Source: Escherichia coli (lineage in GTDB: Bacteria > Pseudomonadota > Gammaproteobacteria > Enterobacterales > Enterobacteriaceae). Taken from it: 64,000 nt of DNA. A program made the position numbers and the translations under genes. Location of the stretch: assembly GCF_965641715.1 (NCBI RefSeq), contig NZ_OZ282453.1, one strand, 5' to 3'. Position 1 is the stretch's first letter, and the number at the start of each line of letters is the position of its first letter. The notes under the pieces were generated by a model. That model had not been told where the DNA came from. It did no database searches and saw nothing but the letters and a program-made list of their open reading frames with translations. This document shows, piece after piece, positions 49,872 to 56,756 of the stretch.

Positions 49872-52645
49872 GTTTCTGTCTGTTTTTTGTTTCCACTGGT
49901 CAGGCCACCCCGCAGCAGGTCTGCTTTGCGGCTGGCGCGTTCAGTGGTTTCACTGATTCTCTGTGCGTGCTCTGCGTCGCGGATGGCGCGCAGCATGTCA
50001 GAAAGCACGGTAACGGGTGTTTTCATGGTGTTCTGGTCCTGCTGAAGTGTGGATGCCAGGCGTGCGGCGGCTTCAGGGTCTGATGCCCCCAGCTGTGCCA
50101 GATAGCTGGCGACCGGGTTATGGCGGATCTCCGTGCTGCTTACGCCATGATTACGGCTCAGGCGCTGCCAGAGCTGCGTGATTCGGCTGTCCGGGCGGGT
50201 ATCCGGTTTGCGTACAATTTCAAATCCCTGCGGTGCAATGATGCTGCCGTCAACGTACAGACTGCCGCCCCGTAACAGGTGCTGCATCTGTTGTTCACCG
50301 ATATGCAGGCCGAGAGATTCAGCAGACTCCCGCCATTCTTTAGCGAGTAATTCGTGGTTATCAGGCAAAGGCCGTGGCTGTTTGCGGCTCTGTGTCCAGC
50401 TCTGCATTTCATCACTGCTGTTTTTTGCCTGTTTGTCACGAAGCGAACGCATCAGCGCCCGGCGTTCGTGCCGTTTCAGTGAGCGCATCCATTCGTTCAC
50501 GTCAACGCCGTCAGGAAGCTGCGGCCACGGTGCTGGCCGTTCTTTCGACTGTTCTGTCCCGCTGTTGCCTGTTTCCTGTACACGGGGACAGTTATTGCCA
50601 CGAGTCCAAGGGGCGGCAGGGCCGCCCTGAAGGTCAAAACCATTTTCGCGGGCGCTGTCTTCCGTTTCCGGTTTACGTCTTACCAGTTTCCAGTTATCCG
50701 GATGCGTGCACACACGGGAGGATTCCCCGATGAGTGGTGACCAGATCCCGTAAATCTGTACGCTCTGTTCGCCGTAATCATTCAGCTCATCTGCGAGGTC
50801 GTAGGCGGTGCGAATCAGGTAGTCTTTGCGTGGAACAAGTACGCCGCCCTGTTTTTCAATGTAGGTGGCAAAACACCCGGCATCGGCGGCAGCGAGTACC
50901 GCATCCATTGCGTCATCTTTCAGTCGTTGCGGGCCTTCCGGGTTGCGTGCCATCTGGCTGGCAAGGCGGCGCAGTTCACGCCACACCTGACGGGAGGGGA
51001 TGCCAAAGAACTGGAACTGGCGGACCCGATGAAGGCGCGCCCAGCCGATGGCGCGCTCCACACTCTCGGCCATTGATTTTCCGGTTTCGTGGTCAACGCG
51101 TGGCTTGCCCGTTTTCGGGTCGATGCCATCCACGGCGCGGCTGTCCAGGTTCTTTCCGATGTAGGTCGCGATATAGCTGGTTGGTGTGCCTTTTGAGCCG
51201 TCGACATACTCCGCCTTAAAGCGCGGAGTAATATCATTGCCCAGCTCGTGGCGGTCTTCCTGAATGGCAATATCGCGGGTGATGGCCACGATGCTGTCGA
51301 TTTCTTCCGGATGAGCAAAGACCATCATATGCCAGTGCACGGTGCCGTCATGGTGAGGCTCCACCGTGCGGATGCCATACCAGCGAAGACCGTCGCGGTT
51401 CAGTTTTTTGCGGACCGCCGCAAAAAACGTGTTAACCAGGTAATCGCTGGAGTCGCGCATGGTGGCCCCGTTCCATTTGGGATTCGGATGACCGTTCTCT
51501 GTTGTGGCGTGGTATTTTGACGGGCAGGTGACAGTCAGAAACACCGCTTTGTCGCCACGGGCTTCGGCCAGAAGTTCCAGCCCCTTCATGGTGGCCATCA
51601 TTTCTGCCTTACGGTGAACCGGGTTACTTACTCCCGCGTAATACACCGTCTCGAGATCAATCGTGAACCCGTCTTCATTTTCCAGCATGAAACTTTTCAG
51701 GAAATCGCGTGTTTTCTCGCGCTGTGCGCGAAACTCGCTTAACGCGTCCTGGCTCAGATAGGGCGATGTTTTTCTGGAAACCAGACAGGCGGCGCGGAGT
51801 TGTTCTTCTCTCCACTCGCAACGTAACAGCCACAGTTTGCGTTTCCACCATTCTGCACAGGTCAGGCGAAGGATTGCGCCCGGCAGCAGCTCCGTGTCCG
51901 GTTCGTTCCTCTGGTCTTTGTCTGTTGTCAGTGCGTCATAATGTGGAGGCATGGCGTGCAGGTGTAACGCCATGCGGGCCAGCATCTGATACGCCTTCAG
52001 CGTTACATCCATGGTCAGTTCGCCATCGGTCGCGCCAAAGCCATCGCAGAGTTTTTCGAAGGTGCTGCTGAACATCGCCGCCGTCATGGTGGCCAGTGTC
52101 TGTATCTGGTGTTTGTTGAGCTGCGGCAGGTAAAGCAAATCGTCCAGGCGTTCGCGTCCGGCAAGGGAGCGATAACCCTGTGTCAGCCAGCGGTGATCGG
52201 TGCGCTCCAGACGTTCGAATATTTTGCGCAGGTTTCCGCGCGCGTAGCGTTCAGCCTGCCAGCTCTTTTTGCCTTTCTGACGATCGGCTTCCTGTTTTTT
52301 GCGCAGGAAGGAGAGGTGGCGAATAAGCGGATCGCGCAGATAGGACGGCAGCAGGCGCAGCGAGGCCATGGCTTCATCCACCGCGCCGCGTGCCTGTTTT
52401 CTGGCATCTCCTGCCAGTGTGATGGTTTTGTCCTGTTTTTCCTGTGCGTCCAGGCTTTTATTAATCAGGTTGCCCAGCGGCGTTGCGGAGAACGCCGCAT
52501 CAGCCATTTCCTGGCGGTGCTCGTTCTCTACCCGGTAGGCATCCAGCCAGGAGGAAAGCGCGGATTCAGGAGCGGGGATCCCCGTTCCTTCACGCCCCAC
52601 TGCGTGGCGCGGTTGTTGCCAGTCCCTGATGTACTCTGCCGTCAT
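49823..52645 (-). CDS. Rolling-circle replication initiator endonuclease, gpA-like (940 aa, long C-terminal extension)
   Basis: It contains the HUH-type metal motif (DGTVHWHMMVF) and has the position of P2 A at the end of the early operon. Confidence 0.85.
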   Translation of the reverse strand: MTAEYIRDWQQPRHAVGREGTGIPAPESALSSWLDAYRVENEHRQEMADAAFSATPLGNLINKSLDAQEKQDKTITLAGDARKQARGAVDEAMASLRLLPSYLRDPLIRHLSFLRKKQEADRQKGKKSWQAERYARGNLRKIFERLERTDHRWLTQGYRSLAGRERLDDLLYLPQLNKHQIQTLATMTAAMFSSTFEKLCDGFGATDGELTMDVTLKAYQMLARMALHLHAMPPHYDALTTDKDQRNEPDTELLPGAILRLTCAEWWKRKLWLLRCEWREEQLRAACLVSRKTSPYLSQDALSEFRAQREKTRDFLKSFMLENEDGFTIDLETVYYAGVSNPVHRKAEMMATMKGLELLAEARGDKAVFLTVTCPSKYHATTENGHPNPKWNGATMRDSSDYLVNTFFAAVRKKLNRDGLRWYGIRTVEPHHDGTVHWHMMVFAHPEEIDSIVAITRDIAIQEDRHELGNDITPRFKAEYVDGSKGTPTSYIATYIGKNLDSRAVDGIDPKTGKPRVDHETGKSMAESVERAIGWARLHRVRQFQFFGIPSRQVWRELRRLASQMARNPEGPQRLKDDAMDAVLAAADAGCFATYIEKQGGVLVPRKDYLIRTAYDLADELNDYGEQSVQIYGIWSPLIGESSRVCTHPDNWKLVRRKPETEDSARENGFDLQGGPAAPWTRGNNCPRVQETGNSGTEQSKERPAPWPQLPDGVDVNEWMRSLKRHERRALMRSLRDKQAKNSSDEMQSWTQSRKQPRPLPDNHELLAKEWRESAESLGLHIGEQQMQHLLRGGSLYVDGSIIAPQGFEIVRKPDTRPDSRITQLWQRLSRNHGVSSTEIRHNPVASYLAQLGASDPEAAARLASTLQQDQNTMKTPVTVLSDMLRAIRDAEHAQRISETTERASRKADLLRGGLTSGNKKQTETGFTNPINEQKTCRDI

Positions 52646-52651
52646 AGTGAT

Positions 52652-53017
52652 TTACTTCGTCATGCCATTCAGGGTGTCGCGGCAGACTGTAGCCAGCCGC
52701 TGAATTTCCAGCACGGTGTCTTCTGTGTCGGCATGGCGATGTGTGATGCGGATGCTGTCGGCAATCACATCGACGATTGCAGAGGATGGGCGCTGGTAAA
52801 TGCCAATAACGGACGGGGTGCCACCTTCAATGCGGTAAAGCCTGTAATTTCCCTCGTGGCTGTCAATCATGTAGCGACCATCAATAACAATCTTTCCGTC
52901 AGCGAGCTGCGGTACAGGCAGGGATTTCAGGTACATGTCATAACGATCACGCACGCGAGCGGCAAGATCACGTTCTGTGTTGAGCAGGTATTCAAGAAAG
53001 TCGTTGGCGAGAATCAT
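52652..53017 (-). CDS. Hypothetical protein (121 aa)
   Basis: The ORF is tightly packed between the 76-aa ORF and gpA. I recognise no motif. Confidence 0.6.
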   Translation of the reverse strand: MILANDFLEYLLNTERDLAARVRDRYDMYLKSLPVPQLADGKIVIDGRYMIDSHEGNYRLYRIEGGTPSVIGIYQRPSSAIVDVIADSIRITHRHADTEDTVLEIQRLATVCRDTLNGMTK

Positions 53018-53089
53018 TGCGGCAATCCTCTTGTTACAGATGTGCGAAGGCCTCCCGCCGCAAGGTGCAGGAAAGGCCCGGAACAGGAG

Positions 53090-53320
53090 TTAATGGAGTT
53101 TGTTTTGCTGCTGGATGAGCTGTTGAAGCTCGTGCAGATCATCCGCCAGATAGCTGAAAACAGAGGCGGAATAAATGTTTGATAGTGCGTGGCTGCGCTC
53201 ATGCAGCATATTGATGTGCATGATTTGCGCGACGCGTGATGCGCGGGAAAGTCTGCGGTTGATTTCAGTCTGGATGTGACGACGCTCCGCGATAGCGCGG
53301 TGTGGTTTGCGGTTTGCCAT
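53090..53320 (-). CDS. Small basic protein (76 aa) in the position of icd in P1 immI-type modules
   Basis: AAGGGG lies 7 nt before the ATG. The RBS overlaps the b2-like antisense target. I cannot confirm sequence homology to Icd. Confidence 0.6.
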   Translation of the reverse strand: MANRKPHRAIAERRHIQTEINRRLSRASRVAQIMHINMLHERSHALSNIYSASVFSYLADDLHELQQLIQQQNKLH

Positions 53321-53330
53321 GGTGTGGCCC

Positions 53331-53373
53331 CTTGTGTAGTAAGTTGTGAAAACTCACCATCCAGAGCTGCGAA
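53331..53373 (-). promoter_or_regulatory. Antisense-RNA target boxes a2/b2 overlapping the RBS of the 76-aa ORF
   Basis: The minus-strand RNA carries UUCGCAG (53373-53367) and CUACACAAG (53339-53331). These are perfectly complementary to CUGCGAA and CUUGUGUAG in the RNA candidate. The SD at 53333-53328 overlaps b2. Confidence 0.6.
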
Positions 53374-53377
53374 ACTG

Positions 53378-53458
53378 TGGGTGGCGAGACGTACGAGGTT
53401 CGCAGTACCGGCTACACAAGAACCCGGCCCGACCGAAGTCGGCCCCGTACGCCCCGCC
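53378..53458 (-). ncRNA. c4 (P1/P7) / CI (P4)-type tRNA-like antisense immunity RNA candidate, about 81 nt
   Basis: A 13-bp terminal stem (GGCGGGGCGUACG / CGUACGUCUCGCC) is followed by a 3' ACCCA. An internal C(UUCG)G tetraloop hairpin is present. A second hairpin (GGUUC/GAACC) displays CUUGUGUAG and CUGCGAA. Confidence 0.6.
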
Positions 53459-53525
53459 ATAATTCTGACGCGAAAAAAACGTGGCAATACAGTACGCACA
53501 AAAAAACCGCTGGCGCGGTTGTGCG

Positions 53526-53549
53526 CTTGTGTAGTCAGCAGGCTGCGAA
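53526..53549 (-). promoter_or_regulatory. Upstream copy of the antisense target boxes (a1/b1-like)
   Basis: Plus strand reads CTTGTGTAG-N8-CTGCGAA, so the minus-strand RNA carries UUCGCAG-N8-CUACACAAG, a second perfect target. Confidence 0.5.
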
Positions 53550-53642
53550 ACCCGGCACCCGTTTTGTGAGGTGCAGCGGAAATGTAACCTGACTGATTGC
53601 GGCATGGCAAGCGGTTTTTTTGTGTGTGCATGTTCTGGTTTC

Positions 53643-53942
53643 TTAGTGGTTCAGAAAAAAATCAAAAACCTTGTCAATGCGTTGCAGCAGCTCTTGCTGT
53701 ATTGCTTCCGGCGTTTCCGGTTCGCCTGGCGCCTCCAACGTCGCGCAGAAATCCTCGATTTCATGACGGAGCGTCAGGCGAATGGCGAGAGGTGTGGTTC
53801 TGGCGTGCTCCAGCTCATCCAGCAGCGCCAGCACAGCAGACGGCGAGAGCATTGCGCGAAACGCCAGTAATTTTTGAGGCGTTGCCATTCGTTGCAGGTC
53901 AGTCGCCAGTTCGCGTAATTCCTGGTGGTTGATGGCGCTCAT
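53643..53942 (-). CDS. Hypothetical early protein, Ead/Ea22-like N-terminal motif
   Basis: 99-aa ORF. ...LRELATD...PSAVLALLDELEHAR resembles Ead/Ea22-family proteins. Confidence 0.6.
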   Translation of the reverse strand: MSAINHQELRELATDLQRMATPQKLLAFRAMLSPSAVLALLDELEHARTTPLAIRLTLRHEIEDFCATLEAPGEPETPEAIQQELLQRIDKVFDFFLNH

Positions 53943-54184
53943 GCTCTGGCTTCCTTCAGTAGCTGGTTAAACATGTTGGTAAGTGGATTGCCGCACCCGA
54001 ACGGCATCGGGTTTATCTGGTAAGAAAAGCGACCGCCTGTTTTGCGCTCTTTTCTTATGACTGAACCGCTGCGCCAGAGTCGGCGTAACTCCGCATTAAT
54101 GGCTGTGGTTGGGGTATTCAGTGCTGCGGCGATTTCTCCACCGCTACACCCCGGATTGGCGGCGATATAGTCCAGAATGGTCAT
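53939..54184 (-). CDS. Small winged-helix DNA-binding-like protein
   Basis: 81-aa ORF MTILDYIAANPGCSGGEIAAALNTPTTAINAELRRLWRSGSV with a wHTH pattern. It has 4-nt overlaps on both sides. Confidence 0.6.
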   Translation of the reverse strand: MTILDYIAANPGCSGGEIAAALNTPTTAINAELRRLWRSGSVIRKERKTGGRFSYQINPMPFGCGNPLTNMFNQLLKEARA

Positions 54185-54384
54185 CTGCGTGACTCTTGTA
54201 CCTGTCGGATAAGGTTCACCCGCACCACATTCGTGGCGCAGAAGTAAGTGCCGTCAGTGAGATAGATGTGATGTGCATCCTTTTCTGAACGGTGTTTGTC
54301 GATTGTGGTAATCAGGCGTTCGTCGACTTCGTATTCACGCCCTCTGGAGGTAAAACGAACGACAGGAAAATGCTTAATTGCCAT
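54181..54384 (-). CDS. Hypothetical early protein (67 aa)
   Basis: The ORF is translationally coupled to the downstream gene (4-nt overlap). Confidence 0.55.
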   Translation of the reverse strand: MAIKHFPVVRFTSRGREYEVDERLITTIDKHRSEKDAHHIYLTDGTYFCATNVVRVNLIRQVQESRR

Positions 54385-54469
54385 TACGCCTCCTTGGCGT
54401 GTGCGAATACCTCCGCGAATGCGGATTGTTTTACATTTTCTTATTTAATCTGTGGTTTTATTTGCTCTG

Positions 54470-54583
54470 TTATTCGCCAGTGAAAAAGCGTTCAATCTTT
54501 TTTATTGAATGAATAATTCGCATAATCCCAATAGCGCAGGCCACCGAAATAATCAGAACAAGCCATGAGATAAATATACTCAT
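54470..54583 (-). CDS. 37-aa hydrophobic peptide ORF (too short for the ORF track)
   Basis: MSIFISWLVLIISVACAIGIMRIIHSIKKIERFFTGE. It has an ATGA overlap with the stop of the upstream 81-aa gene. Confidence 0.45.
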   Translation of the reverse strand: MSIFISWLVLIISVACAIGIMRIIHSIKKIERFFTGE

Positions 54584-54825
54584 GCGATATTCCCCAGCTT
54601 ATACGGTTCAATATGTTCCCCGCACTCTGCGGCACAGATCAGCTCGGAAAGTTCGTTAAGTGCATCCAGATCATCAGCGTAAAAAGCCACGTCATACAGA
54701 CTTCGGATTGCTCTGGTCAATGAGTCACGGGCCGCACGTTCAGCATGAGCGCCTGATGCACTTAAGCGAAAATAAAAACGCTCAAGTGCTTTGTTAATGA
54801 GAGTTTTATATTCTTTGCCCATCAC
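54580..54825 (-). CDS. Hypothetical early protein (81 aa)
   Basis: ORF in the early operon. I recognise no motif. Confidence 0.55.
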   Translation of the reverse strand: MMGKEYKTLINKALERFYFRLSASGAHAERAARDSLTRAIRSLYDVAFYADDLDALNELSELICAAECGEHIEPYKLGNIA

Positions 54826-54833
54826 AACGCCCT

Positions 54834-55121
54834 TTAATCTGCTTTCTGTATTTCAGCTTCTGAATCCATACAAATAATTTCGATATAGGGTTCATCGCCA
54901 TTAACCTGGCGTGCCTTTTCAGCTTCGCTAATGATTTCTCGTACGGTCTGGTACGGAAGTTCCACAAGCAGTCGCGTGCCGTTCAGATAAACGTAAGTGG
55001 CTTCGTCGGCTCCGTTTTTACCCGCCGGAGTTACTCCGTCAATAGCGGATGCACGTAATAACAGTTCACCGCGAAAATCAATAAAACGGATAAATACACC
55101 TTGTGCATGGTCTTTGGTCAT
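54834..55121 (-). CDS. Hypothetical early protein (95 aa)
   Basis: I chose the start at MTKDHAQGVFIRF. The longer track ORF overlaps the upstream gene. Confidence 0.55.
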   Translation of the reverse strand: MTKDHAQGVFIRFIDFRGELLLRASAIDGVTPAGKNGADEATYVYLNGTRLLVELPYQTVREIISEAEKARQVNGDEPYIEIICMDSEAEIQKAD

Positions 55122-55131
55122 AAAGCACCTG

Positions 55132-55473
55132 TTATAAATCAGCCTGTTTAATAAAACTTTGCCCGCGAAGCAGACGATCAACCGTGCGAAGTGCTTCGTA
55201 TAATGTGAAATCCTGCCCGAACTGATTGTCGCCACTGCTTAGAGCAAAAATGCGGTTTCCGGTAAACGGATTGCGTGGGCATTTGTGGATCACGATTCCA
55301 GCTTTCTCAATCAGCCAGGCATGCTCGCCGATTTGTTTTACTGGGTAGCCATCCGGCGTTGCATGTGTATCACTCAGGCTGTAGCGGATGTTGCTGCGTG
55401 ATGCACTGGTAGCAAAACGGTTAGCGTGGCGTTCTGCACCATTGCGAAAGCGTGAATTACGTTGCTGTTTCAT
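55132..55473 (-). CDS. Hypothetical early protein (113 aa)
   Basis: ORF in the early operon with a basic N-terminus. Confidence 0.55.
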   Translation of the reverse strand: MKQQRNSRFRNGAERHANRFATSASRSNIRYSLSDTHATPDGYPVKQIGEHAWLIEKAGIVIHKCPRNPFTGNRIFALSSGDNQFGQDFTLYEALRTVDRLLRGQSFIKQADL

Positions 55474-55725
55474 GTTAAAGACTCTGTACAGATTTAATTA
55501 TTCCGGCATAGAGGCCGAACTCAAAATATTTGCGATTAAATCGCATCGCATTGTTTTCACGTTTTGCGGACTGCTGGTTCATTTTCGTTTGCCTCCGCAC
55601 ATGAGAATTGCGCCGCTTAAGAGGTAACCGAAGTTAATTGATAGTATTACAATTAACATAAGGTCCAATTTGTCCATGCCACACATAATTACCCTCATTG
55701 CAGTAGTTGCGGGTTGTCAGGTTTC

Positions 55726-55932
55726 TCACCCGATAAACCAGATAACAAACGCTATAAACATCGCCCCAATAGCTGCCGGGAAAAGTCCTTTGGTATAAGC
55801 GGCGATATATTCAATGCTGAGTTCAATAAAGCGTTCTTCATGTCCCGTTAACTTGCGAAACAAATAGATCTCTATTACGCCTATCTCAATAAAAACAAGG
55901 GTCAGAATGGCGCTGATGATATGGCTGGTCAT
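55726..55932 (-). CDS. Small two-TM membrane protein (68 aa)
   Basis: It has two hydrophobic helices and lies directly downstream of cox. Confidence 0.55.
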   Translation of the reverse strand: MTSHIISAILTLVFIEIGVIEIYLFRKLTGHEERFIELSIEYIAAYTKGLFPAAIGAMFIAFVIWFIG

Positions 55933-55938
55933 TTATGA

Positions 55939-56226
55939 CTAAAGTCCCAGCCACAACAACCATGCGTCGCGGCGTTCTTTCGGTTGCTCAAAAAACGCTT
56001 TGCGCATGCCTTCGTTAAATGCTGGCAGATATACCCAGTTTTCTGATGCACGCGTCTTTACTGAACCTGGTTTCACAAAGTCAATTGTCGGTAGCTTTGC
56101 TGCGTCAATCATGGTTCTGACTGTGGATTCCTTGCGGCCGATCATCTTGGCGAATAGTTGATATGGCACCGCTTCAAGTGGATATGGTGCTACCTGAATG
56201 AACCCCCCAAGCTCTGATTCGCTCAT
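55939..56226 (-). CDS. cox: Cox-like excisionase / lytic-switch repressor
   Basis: 95-aa ORF. ...AVPYQLFAKMIGRKESTVRTMIDAAKLPTIDF...ENWVYLPAFNEGMRKAF...RDAWLLWLGL is collinear with P2 Cox (...AIPYQEFAKLIGKSTGAVRRMIDKGKLPVIDM...EYWVYLPAWNNGLKLAY...RDGWLMWLGL). Confidence 0.9.
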   Translation of the reverse strand: MSESELGGFIQVAPYPLEAVPYQLFAKMIGRKESTVRTMIDAAKLPTIDFVKPGSVKTRASENWVYLPAFNEGMRKAFFEQPKERRDAWLLWLGL

Positions 56227-56339
56227 TGTGGTAATCTCCCTAATTCGTTCGAATGGCTCAAAATGGCTTATATCGGCTTATTTGAGTGTTTTTATGTTTG
56301 TGCCCGATGTGGCATGTTGCGATGGAGGATATGCCCGAT

Positions 56340-56660
56340 ATGGCATCTTTGTCAAGCATGGGTGAAAAATTTCGCCTGATTCGTGAAGCAGAAGGTATGA
56401 CCCGCCAGGAGTTTGCGGATTGTGTTGGGCTGCCTTATGGGACGGTAACTAACTATGAGGTGAGGGGGAAGCAAGTAACAGAGGGTGCCTTACTTAAGGT
56501 TACGAAACACCCTAAATTTAAGAAGTATGCTTATTGGTTATCAACAGATGAAACGATGCCGGAGGTCGGGCAAATTTCTCCGGCTCTCTCTCTTGATGGT
56601 TCCTGCAATTCGGAGGGAGATCGCGTTTCAACCGAAAAAATCCAAAAATTATCCCGCTGA
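56340..56660 (+). CDS. Immunity repressor, P2 C-like (HTH)
   Basis: From MASLSSMGEKFRLIREAEGMTRQEFADCVGLPYGTVTNYE...GQISPAL, which parallels P2 C (...LSRQQLADLTGVPYGTLSYYE...GQIAPAL). It is divergent from cox. Confidence 0.88.
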   Translation: MASLSSMGEKFRLIREAEGMTRQEFADCVGLPYGTVTNYEVRGKQVTEGALLKVTKHPKFKKYAYWLSTDETMPEVGQISPALSLDGSCNSEGDRVSTEKIQKLSR

Positions 56661-56756
56661 GGCCAGAAAACTGGTTAGACCTGCTTTTTGTCTGGTCTGA
56701 TTATTGCTGGAAAGAGGCTGGAGAAATTGTAGAGCGGTTCATTGGAGGGCTTCGTA

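Noticed and set aside
52109-53182. 357-aa plus-strand ORF overlapping the gpA 5' end, the 121-aa ORF and the 76-aa ORF
   Set aside because: It is antisense to three well-packed early genes and has shadow-ORF composition. It would also run against the operon direction.
53500-53527. A simple Rho-independent terminator on the minus strand (AACCGC-GCCA-GCGGTT + U7)
   Set aside because: It is ambiguous. The U run can instead pair as part of a longer stem (CGCACAA ... TTGTGCG flank the hairpin). I therefore did not call it as a feature and leave it as context for the antisense module.
53320-53642. A retron msr/msd or a tRNA gene as explanation for the structured non-coding region
   Set aside because: There is no reverse transcriptase gene nearby and no cloverleaf with an anticodon arm. 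The duplicated complementary boxes fit the c4/CI antisense model much better.
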